Of a DNA stretch of 64,000 nucleotides, positions 20,141-30,297 are shown piece after piece (position 1 is the stretch's first letter; each line of letters begins with the position of its first letter). A model generated the notes under the pieces. It was given only the letters and a program-made list of their open reading frames with translations. It made no database searches and was not told where the DNA came from. Source of the stretch: an uncultured Methanoregulaceae archaeon (GTDB lineage: Archaea > Halobacteriota > Methanomicrobia > Methanomicrobiales > Methanospirillaceae); assembly GCA_963730355.1 (NCBI GenBank), contig CAVSRL010000007.1, forward strand, positions 23,517 through 87,516. The letters run 5' to 3'. The translations under genes and the position numbers were made by a program.

Positions 20141-21322
20141 ATGACGAAGAGGACGGTCCAGGATCTGGACGTGGCCGGCCGGCGGGTGCTCGTACGGGTC
20201 GACTTCAATGTGCCGCTGAAGAACGGGATCATCACCGACGATTCCAAGATCAGGGCGGCGCTGCCGACGCTGTCGTACCTGGTCGGCCACGGGGCGAAGG
20301 TCATCGTCGGCTCGCACCTGGGCCGGCCGAAGGGCGAGGTCGTGGAGGCGCTCCGGACGGCCCCCGTGGCGGAACGGCTCGCGGCCCTCCTCGATCGCCC
20401 GGTCGCCGCGCTCCGGGACAGCATCGGGCCCGAGGTCGAGACGGCGATCGCCGGGATGCAGGACGGCGATGTGGCCATGCTCGAGAACCTCCGGTTCTAC
20501 CGCGAAGAGGAGGCGAACGACCCGGCCTTCGCGCAGGCCCTCGCAGCCCTCGCGGACCTCTACGTCAACGACGCGTTCGGCTCGAGCCACCGCGCCCACG
20601 CCTCCATCGTGGGCGTGCCGCGCCTGCTCCCGTCGGCCGCGGGCTGCCTGATGCAGCGGGAGATCGAGATGCTCGGCGGACTCCTCGAGCATCCCGAGCA
20701 CCCCTTCGCGGCAGTGATCGGCGGCGCGAAGCTGAGCAGCAAGCTCGGCGTCCTGAAGAACATCGTGCCCCTGGTCGACGTCCTGCTCATCGGGGGCGGG
20801 ATGGTGGCCACCGCGTACAGAAGCCGGGGGTACGGCGTGGGAAACTCGCGGGTGGAAGACGGGCTGCTCGACTACGTCCGCGAGCTCACGGAGCAGGCGG
20901 CGTCGCGCGGCGTCCGCCTGCTTCTGCCGACGGACGTGGTGGTCGCGGAGAGCCTGGAGGCGGGAGGCGGCGTGCGGACGGTGCCCGCCGACGCGATCCC
21001 CGAGGGATGGGTGATCGCGGATATCGGGCCCGCGACGATCGCAGAGTACTCGCGCGTTCTCGGGACCTGCCGGACAGTGGTCTGGAGCGGGCCGATGGGC
21101 GTCTTCGAGAACCCGGCCTTCGCGGAGGGCACGCGCGCCATCGCCACCGTGCTGGCCGATCTCGATGCCGTCACCGTCGTCGGGGGCGGCTCGACGGTCG
21201 AGGCCGTGACACGGATGGGCGTGGCCGACCGGATGTCGCATGTCTCGACGGGAGGCGGGGCCACGCTCGAGTTCCTCTCGGGCGAGACCCTGCCCGGTGT
21301 GGCCGCTCTCCCGGACCGGTGA
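20141..21322 (+). CDS. pgk: Phosphoglycerate kinase
   Basis: MTKRTVQDLDVAGRRVLVRVDFNVPL, SHLGRPKG. Intact. Internal ATG 20141 chosen over the longer track ORF. Confidence 0.9.
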   Translation: MTKRTVQDLDVAGRRVLVRVDFNVPLKNGIITDDSKIRAALPTLSYLVGHGAKVIVGSHLGRPKGEVVEALRTAPVAERLAALLDRPVAALRDSIGPEVETAIAGMQDGDVAMLENLRFYREEEANDPAFAQALAALADLYVNDAFGSSHRAHASIVGVPRLLPSAAGCLMQREIEMLGGLLEHPEHPFAAVIGGAKLSSKLGVLKNIVPLVDVLLIGGGMVATAYRSRGYGVGNSRVEDGLLDYVRELTEQAASRGVRLLLPTDVVVAESLEAGGGVRTVPADAIPEGWVIADIGPATIAEYSRVLGTCRTVVWSGPMGVFENPAFAEGTRAIATVLADLDAVTVVGGGSTVEAVTRMGVADRMSHVSTGGGATLEFLSGETLPGVAALPDR

Positions 21323-21371
21323 CCCGTCGACGACAGGATGTTATATCAGGTCCGACCGAAAGAGGGAAGGC

Positions 21372-22422
21372 ATGAACGAGTCTGAACGACGCCCAATCCG
21401 GTCGATCGGCGTGCTGACCGGCGGCGGGGACTGCCCGGGGCTGAACGCGGTCATCCGGGCGGTCGTCAAGACCGCCCACCGGCACAACTACTCCGTCATC
21501 GGGATCCGGAACGGCTGGAAGGGCATCGTCGAGGGCAAGGTCGAGCCCCTCACGGACTGCTCGGTCACCGGGATCCTGCCCAAGGGCGGGACCATCCTCG
21601 GCACGTCGCGGACCAACCCGTTCAAGAACGAGGAGGACGTCGCCCGGATGCTGATGTACCTCGAGAAGTTCGGGATCGATGTCCTGATCGCGATCGGCGG
21701 GGACGACACCCTGAGCGTCGCCGCCCGCCTCCACCAGATGGGCGTCCGGGTGATCGGGATCCCGAAGACGATCGACAACGACCTCTCCTGCACCGACTAC
21801 ACCTTCGGGTTCGATACCGCCGTCGCGATCGTCACGGACGCCATCGACCGCCTCCACACGACGGCCGAGTCCCACCAGCGGATCATGGTGCTCGAGGTGA
21901 TGGGGCGCCACGCGGGCTGGATCGCGACCTTCGCCGGCATCGCCGGCGGGGCCGACCAGATCCTCATCCCCGAGGTCCCGTTCGACTTCGACGAGGTCTG
22001 CGACAGCCTCAGGGGCCGGTTCAACCGCGGCAAGACGTTCTCGATCGTCGTCGTGGCCGAAGGGGCGAAGCCGAAGGAGATGAGCGAGGCGGTGACCTCG
22101 TCCCGGAGGCGTCGACGAGTTCGGCCACGAGCAGCTCGGCGGGATCGGCCAGCTCCTCGGCAAGGAGCTCGAGCGCCGGCTCGGCGTGGAGACGCGGGTG
22201 ACGGTCCTCGGGCACGTGCAGCGGGGCGGGTCGCCCACGGCGCACGACCGCGTCCTCGCCTCGCGCTTCGGGGTCACGGCGATCGAGCAGATCGCCGAGG
22301 GGAACTTCGGCGTCATGGTGGCCCAGCAGGGAGACCGGATCGTGCCCGTGCCGCTCGCCGACGTCTGCCGCCTGAAGACGGTCGACATGGACCTCTTCAA
22401 CATGGCGAAGATCTTCTTCTGA
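21372..22422 (+). CDS. pfp: 6-phosphofructokinase, PfkA family with PPi-type signature residues
   Basis: GGGDCPGLN, IGGDDT, PKTIDND, MGRHAG, HVQRGG. One frame break near 22100. Confidence 0.85.
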
Positions 22423-22425
22423 TCC

Positions 22426-22433
22426 CATTTTTC
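22426..22433 (+). terminator. Oligo-T tract after pfp
   Basis: cattttt lies immediately after the stop. Confidence 0.35.
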
Positions 22434-22612
22434 CGGCACTGCAGATCCCTCGGTGCCGCGGTACCGTGTGCGTCGCCGGGCGGATCGGCCGGCGGTTCGG
22501 CGGCGGGAGTCAACAGGGCCGGGAGAGGAGCACGACCTTCCCGCGATCCCCTCTTGAGAATTTCCAGGGTGACGGGCAGTCGTTTTTTATCCTGTTGGTA
22601 CCACTGGTAATC

Positions 22613-23537
22613 ATGGCACCGAAGGACCGGGTCTTCGTCCCCTGCGACGTCCCGTCGAAGGCGCGCGAGACCTACATCGAGAACTACCGGCTGGTCACCC
22701 ACGACAGCGGACGGCTGATGCTCTTCGCGGGCGACCAGAAGGTCGAGCACCTCAACGACGACTTCTACGGCGAGGGGATCCACGAGGACGACGCCGACCC
22801 CGAGCACCTCTTCCGGATCGCGGACCAGGCCCGGATCGGTGTCTTCGCGACCCAGCTCGGCCTCATCGCCCGGTACGGCATGGACTACCCGAAGGTCCCG
22901 TACCTGGTCAAGCTCAACTCCAAGACGCACCTCGTCAAGACGGCCCAGCAGGACCCGCTCTCGGGCGCACTCTGGACGGTCAAGCAGGTCGCGAAGTTCC
23001 GCGACCGCTCGGGCCTGAAGATCGCGGCCGTCGGGTACACCCTCTACCTCGGCTCGACCTTCGAGCCGCAGATGCTCCGGGAGGCGGCCGAGGCGATCTG
23101 CGATGCCCACAACGAAGGTCTTCTGGTCGTGCTCTGGATCTACCCGCGCGGCACCGCGGTCAAGGACGAGAAGGACCCGCACCTGATCGCCGGGTGCGGC
23201 CGGCGTGGCCTCGGCCCTCGGCGCGGACTTCGTCAAGGTCAACGCGCCCAAGAAGGAGGGAGAGAACCCGGCCCTGCTCCTCTGCGAGGCGACGAAGGCG
23301 GCAGGCCGGACCAAGGTCGTCTGCGCCGGCGGCTCGTCCACGGACGAGCGGAAGTTCCTCCAGGGGCTCTACGACCAGATCAACATCGGGTGCGCGTCCG
23401 GCAACGCGACCGGCCGGAACATCCACCAGAAGTCGCTCGCGGCCGCAGTCGCCATGTGCAACGCGATCTACGCGATCACGGTCGAGGGGAAGACCGTCGA
23501 GGAGGCGGCCGCCCTCCTCGAGACCCCCTCCGCGTGA
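22613..23537 (+). CDS. fba: Class I fructose-bisphosphate aldolase (DhnA/FbaB family)
   Basis: LMLFAGDQKVEH, ...ADFVKVN (Schiff-base Lys context), GRNIHQ. Frame break in a GGG run near 23192. I cannot separate it from the AroA'-type ADH synthase paralogue by eye. Confidence 0.75.
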
Positions 23538-23544
23538 GGCCTGC

Positions 23545-24435
23545 ATGGTCACGCTCCGCGAGTACCTCGACGGCACGGCCGCCTCCGAAGACCTCAAGGA
23601 CCCTGATCGAGCTGGTCGCGGACCAGGCCACGCCGATACGCGAGGCGTTCATCACGAACCAGGCCTATGTCGGGACCGAGAACGTCTCGGGCGACGACCA
23701 GGTCGCGATGGACCTCTGGGCCGACCGCCACCTGACGCAGGTGATCGGGGAGTCGGGGCTCGTGGCCGAGCTCGCCTCGGAGGAGCGCGAGGAGACTCGT
23801 CCGGTTCCCGAACGCGCGGGGCACGCGTCGGCCTGGTCATGGACCCGCTCGACGGCTCCTCGAACGTCAAGGTCAACCTGGCCGTCGGCACGATCGTCGG
23901 GGTCTTCGACGGCCCCGTCCTGCAGCCCGGCGAGCGGCTGAAGGCCGCGTTCTACCTGCTCTACGGCCCCATGACCACGCTGACCCTCTCCGTCGGCGAA
24001 GGGGTCCAGGTCTTCGCGCTGGCCGACGACGGCCAGTACCGCATGCTGCACGCGAACGTCCGGATGCCCGAGGGGAAGCTCTACGGCTCGGGCGGCGCGA
24101 AGCCGACCTGGACCGACGCGCACTGCCGGTTCATCGAGGGGATCGAGCAGGACGGCGGCAAGCTCCGGTATTCGGGCGCGTTCGTCGCCGACTTCCACCA
24201 GATCCTCACCTACGGCGGAGTCTACTGCTACCCGTGCGTGCCGGGCAAGGAGGGCAAGCTCCGCCTCCTCTTCGAGGCGAACCCGATGGGGTTCCTCGCG
24301 CACGAGGCGGGCGGCGTCTGCACGGACGGCGAACGGCTCCTGCTCGAGGTCCAGCCCGAGCGCGTCCACCAGAAGGTCCCGATCTACATCGGCAGCCGGT
24401 CGATCATCTGCCGGGTCACGTCCTGCTGCCGGTGA
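23545..24435 (+). CDS. fbp: Class I fructose-1,6-bisphosphatase
   Basis: DPLDGSSNVKVN, GTIVGVF, YGGVYCYP, KLRLLFEANPMGFLAHEAGG. Frame breaks near 23600 and 23815. Confidence 0.85.
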   Translation: MVTLREYLDGTAASEDLKDPDRAGRGPGHADTRGVHHEPGLCRDRERLGRRPGRDGPLGRPPPDAGDRGVGARGRARLGGARGDSSGSRTRGARVGLVMDPLDGSSNVKVNLAVGTIVGVFDGPVLQPGERLKAAFYLLYGPMTTLTLSVGEGVQVFALADDGQYRMLHANVRMPEGKLYGSGGAKPTWTDAHCRFIEGIEQDGGKLRYSGAFVADFHQILTYGGVYCYPCVPGKEGKLRLLFEANPMGFLAHEAGGVCTDGERLLLEVQPERVHQKVPIYIGSRSIICRVTSCCR

Positions 24436-24536
24436 AGCGCGGGAGCCGGGCCTCCCCGCCCGTGCTCCGGGTTTTCGTTCGAGCCGCAGGGAAACGGTGA
24501 AGAGCCGGAGTGCGGAAACTACTCCTTCGTGAAGGG

Positions 24537-25603
24537 ATGAAGACCACCATTTCCGTTATCGGGGCCGGTGTCGGGTCCTTCCCGGGCCGTTCCCGGGTCC
24601 ACCCGCGCCTGCTCGAGGAGGCGGCGAAGCGCCTGAAGGAGCAGGAGGGCGGACTGCTCATCGACTCGTTCGTCACCCGCTGCGGCGACGGCCTCGAGCT
24701 CGTGATGACCCACGCGCGGGGCATCGGCGACGAGGAGATTCGCCGCCTGGCATGCGAGGTCCTCCTGGCGTGCGCGGGGATCGCGAAGGGGATGAGGCTC
24801 CACGGCGTCGACCGGGAACTCTTCTTCCGACGCCGTCGAGGGCGCGGCCGAGATGGAGTTCGAGGAGCGGGAGTCGGAGCCGGTACTCCTGTTCATGGCG
24901 GCCGGAGCGCGGGCGGGCGCCTGGAACTCCCACCTCTACAGGACCTTCGCCGACCCGTTCACCACCCCCCGACTCGTGAGCGATCCGTCCATGCACGACG
25001 GGTTCGTCTTCGAGGTCCACGACCTCGCCGCGACGCCGGAGGGCATTTTTCCGAACGCCGGAGGAGTCGTACGGTCTGCTGGCCTGCATCGGGGCGCCGT
25101 CCCGGTACGTCATCAGGAACGTCTTCTCGAAGGAGGGCGCGGTCGCGGCCTCGACCTCGATCCGGTTACCGAACGATGTCGCGGGCAGGCACGTCGGCCC
25201 GGGCCATCCGGTCATGATCGTCCGTTCGGAGTCGGGGTTTCCCGCCGTCGGCGAGTGCCTGGCCCCGTTCACGACGCCGTTTCTCGTCGCAGGCGGACTG
25301 CTGGGAACCACGTACGCCCCGCTCGTGCCGGTCGCGGTCTGTGACGCGAGCAGTACCGTCTCCGACGGCCCGCCGCGCGCGACCTGCCTCGGGTTCCAGG
25401 TCTGCAACGGCCGGCTGATCGGGCCGGCGGACATGTTCGACGACCCTGCCTTCGATCCCGTCCGGAGGAGGTGCTTCGAACTCGCCGAGACGCTCCGCGA
25501 CCTCGGCCCGTTCGGACCTCACGGCCGCGCCCCCGGAACAGAGCCGATGGCCCCGCCTGCCACCCGGCCGGGGCTGAAGGACCGGTGGGAGCCGCTCGCG
25601 TAA
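24537..25603 (+). pseudogene. FBP aldolase/phosphatase (class V FBPase) homologue lacking the catalytic residues; pseudoenzyme or pseudogene
   Basis: End-to-end similarity to archaeal FBPA/P (MKTTISVI, EMEFEE, FADPF, DPSMHDGFVFEV, PVMIVR, FDDPAFD, GPFGPH). The Lys/Tyr/Asp catalytic positions are replaced (for example AGKYVGKDDP -> AGRHVGPGHP). Frame breaks near 24823 and in the T5 run at 25046-25050. Confidence 0.75.
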
Positions 25604-25632
25604 CCTCTCTTTTCACCGAACGCCTTATCTTG

Positions 25633-26338
25633 ATGAAGCACCATCCCCCTCACCGGGATGAGACGATGGCACCCGTCACGCAGTACAGCGCGGCCAACCT
25701 GATCGCGGACGCGAAGGTCGATCCCGAGCGGTGGAGCCGGATCCCGGACGGGGCGACGATCGACAGGACGGTCCGGGCGATCGAGGCACGAAACGTCCGT
25801 GTGGTCCGGGCCGCGACGGCCGATGCGGCACGACAGGCCCTGCTCGACGTGATCCCCGACGGAGCCGAGGTGATGAACGGCTCGTCGACGACCCTGAACG
25901 AGATCGGGTACGAGTCGCTGCTGAAGGAGAACCCGAAGGGGTGGCGCGACTACCACACGATGATCACGGCCGAGAACGACGAGGAGAAGCGGAACGCCCT
26001 CCGGCGGAAGGGGGTGGCCGCCGACTGGTTCCTCTCGGGCGTCCAGGCGATCGCCGAGACGGGCGAGCTCGTCGGGTGCGACAAGACCGGGAGCCGGGTC
26101 GGCGCCTGGCCGTACAGCGCCGGCCGCCTGATCCTGGTCTCGGGGGTGAACAAGATCGTGCCGACCATCGAGGAGGCCCTCGACCGATGCTGGCAGTACG
26201 CCCTCCCCGTGGAGCAGCAGCGGGCAAAGCGGGTCTACGGCACCTCGAGCGAGATCGGGAAGATCGTCGATCCTCGAGAAGGAGATGGCCGCGGATCGGG
26301 TCACGCTGATCCTGATCGGCGAGAGTCTCGGGTACTGA
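25633..26338 (+). CDS. LUD-domain protein (LutC/YkgG-like)
   Basis: The body resembles DUF162/LUD proteins (...SGVQAIAETGELV...SGVNKIVPT...). One frame break near 26268 restores the C-terminus ILEKEMAADRVTLILIGESLGY. Confidence 0.65.
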
Positions 26339-27140
26339 CCCGATCGGCGAACTCCTCGATGAGCCGCCGCGCGATCGAGCCCGGGGCCGGAAGAGGAGGC
26401 AGCGCGTCGGCCTCGAACCAGTCCGCGGCCTCGACCTCGACGCCGTCGGCACGGACCTCGCCGCCCGCGTACGTCGCGGTGAAGCCGAGCATCAGCGAGT
26501 GCGGGAACGGCCAGGGCTGCGAGCCCGCGTACCGAAGATCGGTTGCGGCAATACCGCACTCCTCGGCGAGCTCGCGCTCGACCGCGTGCTCGGCCGTCTC
26601 CCCGGGCTCGACGAAGCCCGCGATCGCCGAGTGAACGCCGGGGGGAAAGCGCGGCGAGCGCGCGAGCAGGCACGAGTCGTCCCGCTCGACGAGCACGATC
26701 ACGGCCGGCGAGATGCGCGGGTAGACCGTCGCGCCGCAGTCCGTGCAGACGCGAGCGTGCTCGACCCGGCTCGGCGCGGCCGGATGTCCGCACCGGCCGC
26801 AGAACCGGTGGTCCCGGTCGAACGCCGCGAGCTGAACGGCGCGGGAGGCCCACCCGAGCTCCTCGTCCGCGACCATCCCGAAGAGCTCGCGCAGCCCGAC
26901 GGGCTCGAGCATGCCGGGCATCGCGTCGCCGGGGCCGAGGAGGACGACCGAGACCGCCGCATCCGCGCGGCAGCCGAGGGGGAGCACACGGGCGTCGCCG
27001 GACGGCGGCACGGCGCTCAGGACCCGCTCCGCCGCCCGGTCGAAGAGAACGCGGTCGTCCTGCAGGTAGACGTAGCGGGCGTCGGGTCCGGGACGCCCGG
27101 GCCTGAAGGCGAGGTCAAGCGCGTCGAGTGCGAACGGCGT
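26301..27140 (-). CDS. nudC: NADH pyrophosphatase (Nudix, NudC type)
   Basis: Zinc ribbon CGRCG...CTDCG, Nudix box GFVEPGETAEHAVERELAEECG, SQPWPFPHS. The homologous frame stays open upstream of GTG 27011 to about 27140 with no start codon, so the 5' end is unresolved. Confidence 0.8.
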   Translation of the reverse strand, partial: TPFALDALDLAFRPGRPGPDARYVYLQDDRVLFDRAAERVLSAVPPSGDARVLPLGCRADAAVSVVLLGPGDAMPGMLEPVGLRELFGMVADEELGWASRAVQLAAFDRDHRFCGRCGHPAAPSRVEHARVCTDCGATVYPRISPAVIVLVERDDSCLLARSPRFPPGVHSAIAGFVEPGETAEHAVERELAEECGIAATDLRYAGSQPWPFPHSLMLGFTATYAGGEVRADGVEVEAADWFEADALPPLPAPGSIARRLIEEFADRVSTRDSRRSGSA

Positions 27141-27141
27141 C

Positions 27142-27468
27142 CTAGATCTCGACGACGTCGTCTGCGGCCCTCCCGACGCTCCGCCGCTCGGGGAAGAGGC
27201 CGTCGATCGCGTCCAGCACGCTCGCGACCTTCGGGTTCTCGAAGAGCCTGCGGAACGCTTCGAGCTCGTGGCCGCTCATGATCATGAGCCCCTTGCGCTT
27301 GATCGGCAGGCCGCTCTCGCCGATCGGGTTCAGCTCGAGCGCCAGCGAGGCGGAGCGGTTGCGGGTCTTCGGGAGCTTGATCAGGTACACGCCGGGAACG
27401 GTGGTGTTCTTTCGCTCCCAATCCTCTCCGTTCTCGAGAAAGGTTCTCAGGCTATCATTGATCTCCAT
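27142..27468 (-). CDS. Conserved hypothetical protein
   Basis: The ORF runs to 27564, but I prefer ATG 27468 (MEINDSLRTFL...). That start leaves a 95-nt lower-GC divergent intergenic region. No motif recognised. Confidence 0.45.
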   Translation of the reverse strand: MEINDSLRTFLENGEDWERKNTTVPGVYLIKLPKTRNRSASLALELNPIGESGLPIKRKGLMIMSGHELEAFRRLFENPKVASVLDAIDGLFPERRSVGRAADDVVEI

Positions 27469-27563
27469 GGCGGTGTGATGGTATCTCATCCTACAAGGGT
27501 TTTTGTGCCACCCCTCCGCGATTCGATACAGACTTATCGGCGGAGCGTTATTGTACAGAGACA

Positions 27564-27740
27564 ATGGATACGCGTCTCCTGGACCTCCTGATCGGGGTCG
27601 TCGCCCTACTCGTCATGATCATGCTGATCGTCGGCCTGCCGCTCATCCTGCCCTCCGGACTGGCGTACCTGCTCGCCATCGTGATCTTCCTCGTCCTGAT
27701 GAGCGTCGCGGGGTACGTGATCAACGAGAAGATCCGCTAG
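27564..27740 (+). CDS. Small (58 aa) two-helix membrane protein
   Basis: Hand-translated: MDTRLLDLLIGVVALLVMIMLIVGLPLILPSGLAYLLAIVIFLVLMSVAGYVINEKIR. Below the track cutoff. Coding-like codon bias. Confidence 0.45.
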   Translation: MDTRLLDLLIGVVALLVMIMLIVGLPLILPSGLAYLLAIVIFLVLMSVAGYVINEKIR

Positions 27741-28795
27741 GCGTCTCGCCCGGCGGCGGGCTCCCCTTCTTCTTCCGGTAATACCCGAGCGGGCCGCCTA
27801 TCCGTTCGCAGAGGGCGTCGCGGCGGACGCAGAGCCCGTTCGTCTCCATGGTCGCGCAGGACGGCGGGGTATACTCGGTCCCCGAGCGGCCCGAGATGTG
27901 CTCGACCTGGTAGAGGGTCTTCTCGATGTCGAAGTCGGGGGCGCGCTGGTAGACCTCGACGATCTGGGTGGTCGAGAGCCCGATGGTGTGGAGGAATGCG
28001 GTCAGCGCGAACCGGCCCATGTGCGTCAGGTTCGCGCCCCCCGCGAGCGCCAGGACCAGCGCGGCCATGCAGGGCGGGTACCGCGACTCGTCGATCGGCC
28101 CGAGGTTCCGGAGCATCTGCCCCTGGTGGACCGCGGTCAGCCGCTCGATCGCGGGCGCGAGGAGGGCGCAGACCTCCGCCGGAACCTTCGGCAACCCGCG
28201 GGCGCGGATCACGACGCGGATCCGCTCCCGGAGCAGGACCTCGAACTCGGTCGCGTAAACCCTGACGAGCCCGCCCGAGACCTCGCGGTTGACCAGACGC
28301 CAGAGGGGCTCGCGCAGGCCCGCCACCATCTCGATATATTGAGCGAGGGGGACAAGGACGGTGTCGCCATCGAGCCGAAGACCGAGCTGGGTGGCCACCG
28401 CATCGCGCTTGGCCGCATCGGCTTCCGCCGTCTCATCCGATTCGTCATTCATCAGGAAGAATGAGGAGCGACGGGCTTCGTAGGTGATCAGCCGCTCGAT
28501 CACGGTCCGGTCGTTGATGCAGGACGCGATGAGCCGCGCCATCCCGTAGGCGTAGAGCAGATCGAGCGCATTCACATTCTGCGAACGGGACTTGCGAAAA
28601 TGGTCTTCAAGTTCGCGTTGCGGAATCGTGATCGCGGCCTCGAGCCGATCGGCAGCAAGGTCGATGATCCGGCGGCCCGACATCACTCGCGAGAAAGGTC
28701 TCGAGACGGTTCAGCTCCGACCCGGCGATCTTCGCCTGGGCCTCCTGCAAAAACGGGTACCGGGCCAGGTCCTTCTCGTCGAACGCTGGCCGCAT
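27721..28795 (-). CDS. priL: DNA primase large subunit
   Basis: Fe-S Cys set (PPCMAAL, YTPPSCATM, GLCVRRDALC). ATG 28795 is preceded by GGAGAC. Frame break in a C3/G3 run near 28676. Confidence 0.85.
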
Positions 28796-28809
28796 CCGGT
28801 CTCCGGGGC

Positions 28810-29553
28810 TCAGTCGGCCTCGATCCGCGGCGCGAGCAGGTAGATCACGCGCCCCTTGCCGCCCGCGATCTCGAACGTGAACCTGACGGGGTGGTCCACC
28901 CCGATCCCGATCTCGATCTCGCTCGCCCGGCTCATGGTCTTCGCCATGTCCTTGAGGTAGTCGAGGCTGAAGAGGGAACGCGCCTTCACGTCCGCGAGCG
29001 ACTGCACGTCGTCCGGGCCGAGCTCGAGCCGGATGTTGTCCGTGTCGCCCTCGGCCTCCATGAAGAAGACCCGGGCCTCGGGATCGATCCCGAGCGCGAT
29101 CTTGTCCGAGACGACCGCGGCGGCCTTGATCGCGTTCGTGAGCTTCGCCCCCTCGAGGACGACCGTCCCCGGCAGCTCCAGGGTCGGCGCGTTCGGGTCC
29201 TTCCGGATCGTGTTCGGATCGAGGAGGGTCAGCGAGTACTGATAGCTCTGGAACGCCAGGTTCAGGCGCTGCGACCCCTCCGGGATCGAGAGCATGAGCC
29301 GTTCGCCGCGGTTCACCATCCCGATGATGTTCTTCAGCTTGGTCACGTCGATCCCGAGCGCGGACTCCGAGGCCTCGAAGACCTCGAATGCGTCCGGCCC
29401 GAGCTCGAGCGAGACCATCGCGACGTTCGCGGTGTCGACCGCCCTCGTCCTCATTCCCTCGCTGTCGACATGGAGGCGGCACTCGCTCACGAGAGCGGCG
29501 ATGGCGTCGACTGCCTCCCTGAAGACATCTGCGTCGATGGTGGCGCGTAACAT
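28810..29553 (-). CDS. pcn: DNA polymerase sliding clamp (PCNA)
   Basis: Intact. MLRATIDADVFREAVDAI...LAPRIEAD is typical archaeal PCNA. An alternative start lies at 29568. Confidence 0.9.
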   Translation of the reverse strand: MLRATIDADVFREAVDAIAALVSECRLHVDSEGMRTRAVDTANVAMVSLELGPDAFEVFEASESALGIDVTKLKNIIGMVNRGERLMLSIPEGSQRLNLAFQSYQYSLTLLDPNTIRKDPNAPTLELPGTVVLEGAKLTNAIKAAAVVSDKIALGIDPEARVFFMEAEGDTDNIRLELGPDDVQSLADVKARSLFSLDYLKDMAKTMSRASEIEIGIGVDHPVRFTFEIAGGKGRVIYLLAPRIEAD

Positions 29554-29697
29554 GGATACCCCTGACACTCTCTATTATAAACTGACTAGTCATAGTTTTA
29601 ATGATATCGCACCGGAGCGAGCAACCGGAAGGTTGATACGCTCCGGTTTCCGTGAACGCGTCACGGGAGAGGCACCAATCGGGAGCAGACATAAAAC

Positions 29698-30297
29698 ATG
29701 GGATCGCAGTGGGGAGAGGACCGGGAGTATCGTAGGGCCATGCGCGAGGGCTATCGCTCGCGGGCCGCATACAAGCTGATCGAGGTCCAGCAGCACGCCG
29801 GCGTGATCCGGCAGGACGACAATGTGGTCGACCTCGGGGCCGCGCCGGGCTCCTGGCTTCAGGTGATCCGCACGCTCACGGAGGGACGCGTGCTCGGAGT
29901 CGACCTGAACCCGATCGCGCCGATCGAGGGGGTCGAGACGATCGTCGGCGACTTCTCCGACCCCGCACTTCCGGCGCGCGTGAAGGAGGCGCTCGGAGTC
30001 GTGAACGTGGTCGTCGCGGACGCCTCGCCGAAGCTCTCGGGCCAGCGCTCGTACGACCAGGCCCGCTCTATCGAGCTCGGCGAGCAGGCGCTCGCGTTCG
30101 CCTGCGCGACCCTGAAGCCGGGCGGCAACTTCGTCGTCAAGTCGTTCCAGGGCGAGGACTTCGCCGAGTTCCTGGCAAAGGTCCGGGTGGCGTTCCGGTC
30201 CGGCAAGACGTACCAGGCGAAGGCGAGCCGGAAGGGGTCGCGCGAGATCTACATCATCGGCAAGAACTTTGTCGGGTGTGATGCCGGTGCTGACTGA
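29698..30297 (+). CDS. rlmE: 23S rRNA 2'-O-ribose methyltransferase RlmE/FtsJ
   Basis: Intact 199 aa. YRSRAAYKL and the SAM motif DLGAAPGSW. Confidence 0.85.
   Translation: MGSQWGEDREYRRAMREGYRSRAAYKLIEVQQHAGVIRQDDNVVDLGAAPGSWLQVIRTLTEGRVLGVDLNPIAPIEGVETIVGDFSDPALPARVKEALGVVNVVVADASPKLSGQRSYDQARSIELGEQALAFACATLKPGGNFVVKSFQGEDFAEFLAKVRVAFRSGKTYQAKASRKGSREIYIIGKNFVGCDAGAD

Noticed and set aside
27469-27564. Longer start (27564) for the hypothetical gene 27142-27468.
   Set aside because: It would begin at exactly the same nucleotide as the divergent small membrane-protein gene and would consume the only plausible promoter region.
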